NCBI GenBank assembly: GCA_965223825.1
Contig: OZ245018.1
Span: 1,171,328-1,235,327, forward strand
DNA length: 64,000 bases
Direction of reading: 5' to 3'
Origin: Gammaproteobacteria bacterium
GTDB taxonomy: Bacteria; Pseudomonadota; Gammaproteobacteria; CAJXQU01
Shown here: positions 48,725-57,898 of the stretch, piece by piece
Layout of the letters: every line of letters begins with the position of its first letter
How positions within the stretch are numbered: the stretch's first letter is position 1
Translations under genes and position numbers: made by a program
The notes under the pieces: generated by a model
The model's input: the letters and a program-made list of their open reading frames with translations, nothing else
Told to the model about the DNA's origin: nothing
The model's database searches: none

Positions 48725-51700
48725 ATGCTTTCGAATTTACCATTCAACGAAGATGGAAAAAGTTTATCTGCTGAGGAAGCATTAAGAAAACTGTCACTCA
48801 TGGAAGAGGTGAAGCTTAACCAAAGCAACCATCAAGATTACCCGCAAACTGATGAAAATAAAGTGGTGGGGAGTAATACTGAAATTGCTAATAAATTAAG
48901 TCATGTCAACGACGAGATGATTGATAACAATGGATCCGTTGCAAAGAAGTTAACTGATGATATTCAGAATATTGTGTTGTCAATTTTGAAGTTAGACAGC
49001 GCTGATTTTTCGGCAACTACACCGTTGATGGATTATGGGCTAGATTCGATCGCAGCCACTGAGATAGGAAACCTGTTCACCAGTCGCTTTGATATTGTTA
49101 TTCCTCCTACTGTATTTTTTGAGTTTCCGGATCTCGAAAGTTTTGTTAATTACCTACTCGAAAATCATCCAGAAGAGTTAAAAGCACACTATCCCCAAAA
49201 CGATGAAGTTCAGGCGGTAATACCAAACAAGGTCGTGCAGCAAGAAACGCAATCACCACCACTAGAGTTACAAGCTACTACGATCAGTAAATCATCTGAC
49301 GTAAATCCTGCTGAGACGACGTCTCGTTTACCGATTGAAAAGGTAAACTCTAGCTCACATGATCAGCTCATAGCGGATCACATGATGGATATTGAAACGC
49401 TATGGAAGTTAAGTTCAGGCCGCGTTGCTGAACGTACGATAAATAATATACAACCGGTCGAGTTTATTTCTTCAGAAAACTCAAATCACGATCAACCCAT
49501 TAAACAGCCAAGTCGTGAATATCTACAAGAGATGAAGTATTTTACTGATCTCGCCAATATTCATTCTATTACGCGACACAATAAACGTGCGCTCGAGTAC
49601 GCTACTTTCGGTGAGGGCCCACCTTTATTGATGCTAGGTGGTCTTCTCATGCACTACAGTGTGATGTGGCTAACTAACATCAAAGCATTGGCGAAAAACC
49701 ATCAGTTGATTATGTTCCATATGCCGGGTTGCGGTGAACTCGAGTTATATGAAGAGATGAGTCTTCAGAGCATCTCTGACGACATTTCTGGTGTATTAGA
49801 TGCACAAGGAATACAAGAACCGATTCCTGTTTTTGGCTGCTCATTTGGAGGTGTACTTGCACAAGCCTTTACCTTAGCTTATCCAGAAAAATGCTCAGCG
49901 TTAGCCGTGGCTGTAAGCACACCTTTTGCTGAGGGTGCGACGGACTTTCAATTGTTAATGAAAGAGTTACAGGTTAGTCCTCATTTTATGGAGCTTAACC
50001 GCGGCTGGCCAATGGCATCGTTACCTGTGTATGAGAAAGTTATTGCAGGGTTTGATTTTAGATCAAAACTAAGATCATTAAATATTCCAGCTCTGGTTGT
50101 TTCAGGTGGTAAAGACCGTTACACCACACCTGAATATTCTCAAATGATGGCTGATAGTTTACAAAATGCAAAATTAATTGAGTTTCCGGATGCTGGGCAT
50201 TTATTAACTTTTTCACATCATGAGGAATTTAATCAAGTCTTAATTGATTTTCTCGCTTCAGTTCAAAAACCACGTCCTACTCGTTCGAAGTCTATAAGAA
50301 ATGATCATTCCGTATTCTTACCGGCAACTAAGAAAACGCTGAATGTAATGAAAGACTATGTGACAACTGGTCAACAAGGCCATTGTGTTATGTTGTCCGA
50401 TCACGCGGCACAACTCGCGCTGAGCTTAAACGTAATATGTAATAAACATAAAGATTCAAAACAGACTTACCGAAGTTATTTTACGACCTCGGTTGAAGAA
50501 GGGCTGGACGCAGCCCTTCGGCTTGCACGACATTATGCGCGGAACACCAACTCGAAGAGTCAAGGTCAGGTCTTATTGATCGGTGCCGGTGAGACATGGA
50601 AAAATCATTTTGATCCGATGCATTCAGGAACAAATGAAGCACTTGTTCCTGGCATTCATTTTGTCGCTAATATTAAGCAAGCTACTAACCTAGTGTCAGA
50701 AAAGGAATTTTGTGCGGTCGTTATTATCAATAACGGATCATTGGAAATCAATGAAGTTGAACAATTCATTCGCATTATCGATGCCTCTTCAAGTCTTAGT
50801 GTTTTATTAGAAAATAATGAACATAAAACGCAACCAAGGGACTGGTTTAGCTACCAGCTAAGCAAACATCTGGATTTAATTGTTCATGGTGAGTGTCTTT
50901 CTGGGTTTCAGGCGCCGGTATCCAGCCTTTCTGTTAATGATTCAATCAAAAACCCGTGGTTAATGACACCAAGTGAAGGCTATGTTCGTCAACCAATGGC
51001 AAGTTTCGGATTGACGTTAAACATTGCATTTGACTATATTTCCGATTATTTCATTCGTGAATTTACTCCTGATCAACTCCAGAAAATCAACAACGTAAAG
51101 GCGAGTCAAGGCGCAACATACCAAGCACACCTTGAGGTTGGAAATATTGGATATGCAAAAGTCGCAAACATGCACGGTTTTGATAGTCGGTTTTATGAGG
51201 CGTATGGTTTACAAACACAAGTAAATCGGCACGGTCAAAGTTCCAGAGCAGTAATTGATTGTCTGTCGAATGTTGGTAGCGCGCCACGTGGGTTGAATCC
51301 GCAAGATGTGATCGAAAACGTCTTAAACAATCACAATGCGTCGCAGGATTATTGGCAAGATCTAACACAACTTATTAAGTCCAAAACAGGTTTTTCTCAT
51401 TGCTTACCTGCATCAAGTCAAACAACAGCAATTGAAACAGCATTGTCCGTGGCTAAGCTTGCATCACCTAAACGTAAAAAAATAGTGTGTTTTACTGGTG
51501 GGGCTGGTTTTACCATGCTTTCTGCAAATAGTGCTAAAGACGGTATTTTCGATCTGTTTAGAAAACCCTTTGAACCGTTGTATCCGCACACACTATTTAT
51601 TGATCCGTTAGACGATAATGCCACTGACATATTAGAGAAAGCATTATTAAGCAACGAACTTGCATTTGTATGGGTTGAAACGATTCAAGTAGAGGGGAAT

Positions 51701-52480
51701 GCTGTTCGATCACTTCCTGAAAAATTAATAACACTAGTAAATCAACATAAGCAACGCGGTGGTTATCTTATTGCTGTTGATGAAACGCAAACTAATGTTG
51801 GCACGGGTCAGTTTTTGCACAGTCATGGTCGGATTACTTCGCCAGATATCGTTGCGATCGCAACAGCGTTAACAGATTCATTTTTCCCTGTTGGTGCTGT
51901 ACTGACAACAGATGCTATCGCTGACGCGATAAAGCAAGAAAATGCAACCTATTTTAAAACAATAACCTCACGCAGTGCGAATCAGCTTTCAGCACATATT
52001 GCATTGAATTCATTGGAACAAATAGATCAACAACAATTAATGCCTAGAGCTGTTGAGATTGGCAAATATTTAAAATCCTCTTTGCAAACCTTGTCTCATG
52101 ATTACCCTCTGCTATGTGACGTAAGAGGTGAAGGGCTCGTGCTTGGTGTTGAGTTTGACCTTTCTGGTTACGACGCTTTTATACAACAAAGTTTTGGATA
52201 TTTCCTATGGGGCGCAATGATGCGAGACCAAATACAGGGTGTCGTTGTGGTTGTGTGTCCAGTACACAATCGAAGTTTACGGATTATGCCGCCTTTAACA
52301 ATAACTAAGGAAGAAGTTGATCTGGTAGTTGAAAACTTACGCAGAAGGCTTGAAGAAGGGGTTGAGAAAATAATCCTCAATTGTGCTGAATATGCTGATG
52401 ATCGAAATGATCCACGCACTGCTGACTTTCTTCGTTCAGCTGTTGCTAACGACAAAAAGATAAAGGTGCAGCATGTCTGA
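48725..52480 (+). CDS. ACP - alpha/beta-hydrolase - tandem class III aminotransferase-like domains
   Basis: GLDSI ACP; GCSFG nucleophile elbow, D (GGKD) and GH; VETIQVEG, DETQT, VRGEGL, LRIMPPL; start moved to ATG 48725. Confidence 0.8.
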   Translation: MLSNLPFNEDGKSLSAEEALRKLSLMEEVKLNQSNHQDYPQTDENKVVGSNTEIANKLSHVNDEMIDNNGSVAKKLTDDIQNIVLSILKLDSADFSATTPLMDYGLDSIAATEIGNLFTSRFDIVIPPTVFFEFPDLESFVNYLLENHPEELKAHYPQNDEVQAVIPNKVVQQETQSPPLELQATTISKSSDVNPAETTSRLPIEKVNSSSHDQLIADHMMDIETLWKLSSGRVAERTINNIQPVEFISSENSNHDQPIKQPSREYLQEMKYFTDLANIHSITRHNKRALEYATFGEGPPLLMLGGLLMHYSVMWLTNIKALAKNHQLIMFHMPGCGELELYEEMSLQSISDDISGVLDAQGIQEPIPVFGCSFGGVLAQAFTLAYPEKCSALAVAVSTPFAEGATDFQLLMKELQVSPHFMELNRGWPMASLPVYEKVIAGFDFRSKLRSLNIPALVVSGGKDRYTTPEYSQMMADSLQNAKLIEFPDAGHLLTFSHHEEFNQVLIDFLASVQKPRPTRSKSIRNDHSVFLPATKKTLNVMKDYVTTGQQGHCVMLSDHAAQLALSLNVICNKHKDSKQTYRSYFTTSVEEGLDAALRLARHYARNTNSKSQGQVLLIGAGETWKNHFDPMHSGTNEALVPGIHFVANIKQATNLVSEKEFCAVVIINNGSLEINEVEQFIRIIDASSSLSVLLENNEHKTQPRDWFSYQLSKHLDLIVHGECLSGFQAPVSSLSVNDSIKNPWLMTPSEGYVRQPMASFGLTLNIAFDYISDYFIREFTPDQLQKINNVKASQGATYQAHLEVGNIGYAKVANMHGFDSRFYEAYGLQTQVNRHGQSSRAVIDCLSNVGSAPRGLNPQDVIENVLNNHNASQDYWQDLTQLIKSKTGFSHCLPASSQTTAIETALSVAKLASPKRKKIVCFTGGAGFTMLSANSAKDGIFDLFRKPFEPLYPHTLFIDPLDDNATDILEKALLSNELAFVWVETIQVEGNAVRSLPEKLITLVNQHKQRGGYLIAVDETQTNVGTGQFLHSHGRITSPDIVAIATALTDSFFPVGAVLTTDAIADAIKQENATYFKTITSRSANQLSAHIALNSLEQIDQQQLMPRAVEIGKYLKSSLQTLSHDYPLLCDVRGEGLVLGVEFDLSGYDAFIQQSFGYFLWGAMMRDQIQGVVVVVCPVHNRSLRIMPPLTITKEEVDLVVENLRRRLEEGVEKIILNCAEYADDRNDPRTADFLRSAVANDKKIKVQHV

Positions 52481-52521
52481 TTTTAAAAAAAAGTGTGATG
52501 AATTGACGTTAGAGGTTTCCA

Positions 52522-55500
52522 ATGTCAACTAAATCAGAGCAAAACTATCCTGTCGCCGTTGTCGGCATGCATGGACGGTTTCCTGACGCGATCGATGTGA
52601 AGGAATTCTGGACAAACCTTTGCGAAGGTAATAACACGATTAAATTAGTACCTGAGGAGCGCTGGGATTGGAAGGAAATTTTCGGATCGTCCGATGATGA
52701 AAGTGAAAAAACATCGATCAATTGTGCAGCATTTATGCCGATGGTGGATCGGTTTGATCATCGTTTCTTTGGCATTTTGCCGCGTGAAGCAGAAGCCATG
52801 GATCCACAACAGAGACTTTTTATGCAGACTGCTTATGCCGCATTAGAGGATGCTGGTTATGCTGCAAATAGTTTGGCTGGAAGTAATACTGGCGTTTTTG
52901 TTGGTATTGGTAATGCTGACTACCCTGGGATGATGAGACGTGAAGGTGCTGCGTTTGATATATATAGGGCGACAGGTCTTGCATTAACGAGTATTGCCAA
53001 TCGTGTCTCGTTTTCTTTGGATATTCACGGACCTAGCGAATCGATCGATACAGCCTGTTCAGGATCGCTAGTGGCAATTCATCGAGCTATCCAATCAATG
53101 CAATATGGTGAGTGTGATCGAGCGATCGTCGGCGGTGTGAATCTATTGGTTGGGCCTGATCTTTTTATTGCCTTTGATAAGGCGGGGATGTTGAGTAAAA
53201 CAGCACGTTGTCGAACATTTGATAAAGATGCGAACGGTTATGTGCGTGGTGAAGGTGTTGCAGCTTTAGTGTTGTGTCCGCTCGAAGAGGCACAAGCAAA
53301 TGGAGATTATATTTACGCGGTAATAAAAGGCAGTGCTGAGAATCACGGTGGCCGGGCGCATAGCTTTACTGCGCCAAATGCGACAGCACAAGCAGAGGTT
53401 GTTAAAACCGCGTGGAAACGAGCGGGGCGAAACTATCATCAAGCCTGCCTTATCGAAACGCACGGAACAGGCACGCCTTTAGGCGATCCGATTGAAATTA
53501 ACGGATTAAAAAAAGTCAGTGAAAATTTTAAAAAATCACAGCCTGAAATTAACCCTATAGCGAATACAATTGCATTAGGCGCATTAAAAAGCCATGTTGG
53601 TCATCTTGAGGCAACGGCTGGTGTGGCCGGTGTGATCAAAGCAATTCTCGCAATGAAATATCGAACTATTCCGCGAAACTTAAATTATCAAACTCTAAAT
53701 CCTCATATTTCATTAGATCAAACACCGTATTACATTCCATCGAGCAATATCACATTAGATCATCAATATTTGTTGACCAGTGGTGTCAGTTCTTTCGGAT
53801 TTGGTGGAGTCAATGCACATATTGTGCTTGAGTCATACGAAAACAGTCTAAGTGATATTTCCGATCAAGAAGCTAACCAAGGTGAAATTAACTATCTGAT
53901 TAAGCTTTCAGCTAAAGATGAAAACGGACTAAATAACCGCATTCAACAAATGATCGAGTTTCTGGAACTAAGCTGTAATGATTCTAAGATCCTACTCTCC
54001 TTCGAAAGTCTAATGAACATGATGCTTGACGCGTTGGACGTTGATCACTCAGCTTTAACTATTTCAGCTTCGACGTTACTTATTGATTTAGCGCTCTCTC
54101 CTCACGATTGGAATAAAGCACTTCATAAACTCAGCTATCAATTAGGTCGTGAAGTTGATTTTAAAGAGATCGTTGATTGCATCACATTGGGTGACGTAGT
54201 TGACGTTGTTCGAAAAGAGAGTCTACGGCAGCGGGGATTAAATTGGAGTGATAAACCAGCAATTAATGCGCGTGTAGCCACACCTGAAATCGAAATACAA
54301 TCTGTTTCAATTGGACATATTGCAGTAACGTTACTTGAGGGCCGTGAGAATTTTAAACATAGATTAGCTTGCGTAGTAAAAAGTAAAATAGAGCTTTTGA
54401 AACTGTTACGTACCTGTCAGGAAAAGCAGAACCAGAACCAGTCTAATAATCAAATTCTGAAACATATCATTAAGTTCGATGATCCAGTCATTGAGAAACC
54501 CGAAAAAATTCTTCAACAAGCAGATATAGAAGAACTTACTAATTGGGCACGATGGTGGGTAGGAACAAAGAATGCCGAATTAAGTTGGAGTATGTTGTAT
54601 CCAACACAATCTAGGCCCAGTAAAACACCACTACCAGCATACCCATTTCAACTAGATAAGATTTGGTATAAGCGTGGCGCTTTGGGTTTAAAAAAAGAAA
54701 AGGATCATGAAAGAACGATAAACAATAATTCAAAAAATATAGCGCCGCGCGAGAATAAACAACTAAAAAATTATTCTGAAGATATGCTTGTTGCATGGAG
54801 AGAGTGTCAAAATTATTCGCAACGTTCAATACCCTCATCCGTACTTAGCATCGCATATTTATTGGACTATGCACGTTATAAATCAAGTAACAAAATCGTT
54901 AAGTTAAGTGAAGTCATTGTCGGGACACCATTCAATATAAATGAGGACGAGTTAGTGTTCTCTGATGTTACGAATGAGCAAGGTCAGTTCTTTCAATGCT
55001 TAAGCTCTGCGGATAAACAAAGAGTTCTTATCCAAGGCAAACGTCTTATAGGTAATCGAACAAGTGGTTCGACAGTAACTTTTGCACAATCGTCAGAACA
55101 ATTAAGGATGAGTGGTGATGAATACGAGCAAGAACTTGATTCATTAAAACTATTAATTGGACCCATTTCTCAGTGGGTAGATAAATGCGAATCGTCTGAA
55201 AATAGTTTGTACCTAACGTTAAAGCTAGATAGTTGGAAAGAAAAACGTGGAACTTTCTGGGTTCCACTCGTTCTGTGCATTTTCTCTGGTATTGCTTATC
55301 TCAGTATAAAGAAAGACAAAACCTTTAAATTGATATGGACGGTTCAATCGATAGTCATGTCCATTAAAGCAGGACAATCCGTTCGGAATCTGCAGATTGT
55401 TCTTGATCCTAAAGATAATACTTGCTCGATATTGATGTTGGATGAAGAGAAGTCAGTTGTGTTGACTATGCAAAACATTACATTACGAGATAGTTCCGTT

Positions 55501-55566
55501 GTACAGATTCTGAAAAAACAGAATTTTTCATTTCGATCCGATAATAAACAAGTAGGTGTCGTATGA
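52522..55566 (+). CDS. Stand-alone trans-AT KS with degenerate ACP-like insert and degenerate DH-like tail
   Basis: DPQQR, DTACSGS, HGTGT, GHLE, SSFGFGGVNAH, LPAYPF. Confidence 0.85.
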   Translation: MSTKSEQNYPVAVVGMHGRFPDAIDVKEFWTNLCEGNNTIKLVPEERWDWKEIFGSSDDESEKTSINCAAFMPMVDRFDHRFFGILPREAEAMDPQQRLFMQTAYAALEDAGYAANSLAGSNTGVFVGIGNADYPGMMRREGAAFDIYRATGLALTSIANRVSFSLDIHGPSESIDTACSGSLVAIHRAIQSMQYGECDRAIVGGVNLLVGPDLFIAFDKAGMLSKTARCRTFDKDANGYVRGEGVAALVLCPLEEAQANGDYIYAVIKGSAENHGGRAHSFTAPNATAQAEVVKTAWKRAGRNYHQACLIETHGTGTPLGDPIEINGLKKVSENFKKSQPEINPIANTIALGALKSHVGHLEATAGVAGVIKAILAMKYRTIPRNLNYQTLNPHISLDQTPYYIPSSNITLDHQYLLTSGVSSFGFGGVNAHIVLESYENSLSDISDQEANQGEINYLIKLSAKDENGLNNRIQQMIEFLELSCNDSKILLSFESLMNMMLDALDVDHSALTISASTLLIDLALSPHDWNKALHKLSYQLGREVDFKEIVDCITLGDVVDVVRKESLRQRGLNWSDKPAINARVATPEIEIQSVSIGHIAVTLLEGRENFKHRLACVVKSKIELLKLLRTCQEKQNQNQSNNQILKHIIKFDDPVIEKPEKILQQADIEELTNWARWWVGTKNAELSWSMLYPTQSRPSKTPLPAYPFQLDKIWYKRGALGLKKEKDHERTINNNSKNIAPRENKQLKNYSEDMLVAWRECQNYSQRSIPSSVLSIAYLLDYARYKSSNKIVKLSEVIVGTPFNINEDELVFSDVTNEQGQFFQCLSSADKQRVLIQGKRLIGNRTSGSTVTFAQSSEQLRMSGDEYEQELDSLKLLIGPISQWVDKCESSENSLYLTLKLDSWKEKRGTFWVPLVLCIFSGIAYLSIKKDKTFKLIWTVQSIVMSIKAGQSVRNLQIVLDPKDNTCSILMLDEEKSVVLTMQNITLRDSSVVQILKKQNFSFRSDNKQVGVV

Positions 55567-57620
55567 AAGCCTATATTTTTCCAGGACAGGGAAGCCAACG
55601 TAAAGGCATGGGCAGTGAATTGTTCTCGAAATATTCAGACTATGTTGGTAAGGCGAATGAGATTCTTGGTTATAGCATTGAGGAGTTGTGCATACGAGAT
55701 ACTAAACACCAGCTAAATTTTACCGCATTTACACAACCGGCTATTTATATCGTGTCAGTATTAACTTATCTAGAGTTATTAGAAACTAAAGCTAAGCCAG
55801 ATTATCTAGCTGGACATAGCATCGGTGAATATGCGGCGTTATTCGCAGCAGGCGTTTTCGATTTCGAAACGGGATTAAAGATAGTGCAACGCCGTGCTGA
55901 GTTAATGTCACAGGCCAAAGGTGGTGGCTTAGCAGCAGTGCTGGGATTAACGGAAAGTGATATTAATTCACTTATAAATGAGTCGCCATTGCTCGGTGTT
56001 GGAATTGCTAATATTAACTCGCCAAGTCAAATCGTTATTGGAGCAGGAAGTGCGACATTAAATAAATTTATCCTTTCATGTGAAGGGTCGCAAGGGCGGT
56101 TCATACCATTAAAAGTAAGCGGTGCATTTCATACAGTACATATGCGAAGTGCTCAAGTTGCATTTCGTAGCTTTTTGAAAACGATAAACTTTAACGCTCC
56201 AACTATACCCGTTATCTCAAACTATTCAGCAACTCAGTATAGTGGTGATGAGTTTGTCAATAATCTTTCATTACACCTTTCAAATTCGGTTCGTTGGACA
56301 GAATGTATCGAGTCATTGTTGTTTAGTGGAGTGGATGATTTTATAGAAGTGGGATCAAACATTTTGATGCCAATGGTTAATGATATTCGTCAAGCCTTTA
56401 ATGTTGAGAAATATTCGAAATCTCATAACCGAAATGTTTCTGATAAAGCTATTGATCAACAAGAAACCATTACAAACAAGTCAACTTTTGCATCACATTT
56501 TGGTTATGAAAGTAATTTAGTTATTGGTGGTGCAGGCTATGGTGGGAATGGTGTTGAGTTAGTTAATAATCTGTTAAATGAAGGTCTATTAACTTTTCTT
56601 GAGACAGATGGTCTTAGTTTAAGTGATGTAGAGAGTTCTATTGATAAGTTAAATAAATTAAAAAACCTAAGTGAAAAATTCGGTGTAAGTGTTTATTACG
56701 ATCCTGAAAACCCTTTAGCATACGAAAAGATACTGTTGATCTGCAGTAATAAGAAAGTCCGGTTTATTGAGCTACGTGGTTTTTTAAGTTCGACAGATTC
56801 TATTATTGATTATCGACAGAAGGGGGGTGTTTGTAATTTAGGTAAACCGCGCAATAGGGTATTACTTAGAACGCAAGGGGTTGATGTAGTTAATGATTTC
56901 CTAATAAACACTCTTATTGATGGTAATGAAGTCCCATTAATTGATGCAATTTGTATGGATAAGTATCGTTTTCAATCAATGGAACATGATTTTTATTCTG
57001 ATTTTGAGAATATTAAAATTGCGTGTGATGAATTTATAAAATCATCCCCTTTATTCGAAAAAATCTTTGTCGGTATTAATGGTTTCCCAGAAAATCAGAA
57101 TGATGAATATGATAGCCACACCCATCAGTTCGATTTCATACACTCCGCATCACTTTTTCTACTTTCCAAAGAGTCAAAGATAAATCAAGAACTTAAAATA
57201 AAGCTGGCGCAGGCTGCACCTCATCAATTTCGTGATGTATCAGATTGGCATTATCCGGAAAGCTCTGTATCAACGCATAGTATCGTTCTTGATCAAACCT
57301 TGTATAACAAAATAGAACGTATTAATTATCAGTATAAGCACAATCAAATCACGGTATCACAATTACGTAAACAAGAAAAAAATTATAGATTATTCAACGA
57401 TTTGTTGCTTGATCAGTGTGAGGGTATGAACGCATTTGAATTAAGACGTTTTGTTCGAAGAAAAATAATAAATGACATCACTAATAGTATTATCAAGTTC
57501 GATACATATATCCCAAATTATATTAATGCAAAGAATAGTATGCATCCGATCGAAGCGGTGAAATTAGCTAATTTGATCGTTAAAAACAATAAATTACTTA
57601 ACTCCAGTAATAGAGGCTAA
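55563..57620 (+). CDS. trans-acting malonyl acyltransferase fused to a degenerate enoylreductase (PfaD-like) domain
   Basis: FPGQGSQ, TQPA, GHSIGEY, SGAFH; the C-terminal half has remnants of the ER/FabK-like fold. Confidence 0.85.
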   Translation: MKAYIFPGQGSQRKGMGSELFSKYSDYVGKANEILGYSIEELCIRDTKHQLNFTAFTQPAIYIVSVLTYLELLETKAKPDYLAGHSIGEYAALFAAGVFDFETGLKIVQRRAELMSQAKGGGLAAVLGLTESDINSLINESPLLGVGIANINSPSQIVIGAGSATLNKFILSCEGSQGRFIPLKVSGAFHTVHMRSAQVAFRSFLKTINFNAPTIPVISNYSATQYSGDEFVNNLSLHLSNSVRWTECIESLLFSGVDDFIEVGSNILMPMVNDIRQAFNVEKYSKSHNRNVSDKAIDQQETITNKSTFASHFGYESNLVIGGAGYGGNGVELVNNLLNEGLLTFLETDGLSLSDVESSIDKLNKLKNLSEKFGVSVYYDPENPLAYEKILLICSNKKVRFIELRGFLSSTDSIIDYRQKGGVCNLGKPRNRVLLRTQGVDVVNDFLINTLIDGNEVPLIDAICMDKYRFQSMEHDFYSDFENIKIACDEFIKSSPLFEKIFVGINGFPENQNDEYDSHTHQFDFIHSASLFLLSKESKINQELKIKLAQAAPHQFRDVSDWHYPESSVSTHSIVLDQTLYNKIERINYQYKHNQITVSQLRKQEKNYRLFNDLLLDQCEGMNAFELRRFVRRKIINDITNSIIKFDTYIPNYINAKNSMHPIEAVKLANLIVKNNKLLNSSNRG

Positions 57621-57623
57621 ACC

Positions 57624-57878
57624 ATGGATCATAATGTGAATGAAATTAAGGCAATTATTGCCACCTTTATTTGTGAAGAACTAAGTGTGGATATGGACGA
57701 TATTGATCCAGAAATGAACCTAGGAGCGTATGGACTTGGTTCTGTAGCGGCGACGACACTCACGGGTATTCTTGAAGATACCTATGATTTAAGTTTGTCA
57801 CCGTTATTAGTGTTTGATTATCCAACGATAGATGCTTTAGCTACAGCGATTGATGATCAGATGAAGGCTGAGAGTTAG
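57624..57878 (+). CDS. Acyl carrier protein
   Basis: YGLGSV (Ser retained), FDYPTIDALA. Confidence 0.85.
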   Translation: MDHNVNEIKAIIATFICEELSVDMDDIDPEMNLGAYGLGSVAATTLTGILEDTYDLSLSPLLVFDYPTIDALATAIDDQMKAES

Positions 57879-57898
57879 ATCGCCAAGGAGAATTTATC

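Noticed and set aside
40088-57620. PUFA synthase (pfa) or cis-AT PKS interpretation
   Set aside because: There is no tandem ACP array, chain-length factor or integrated AT domain; the architecture is trans-AT.
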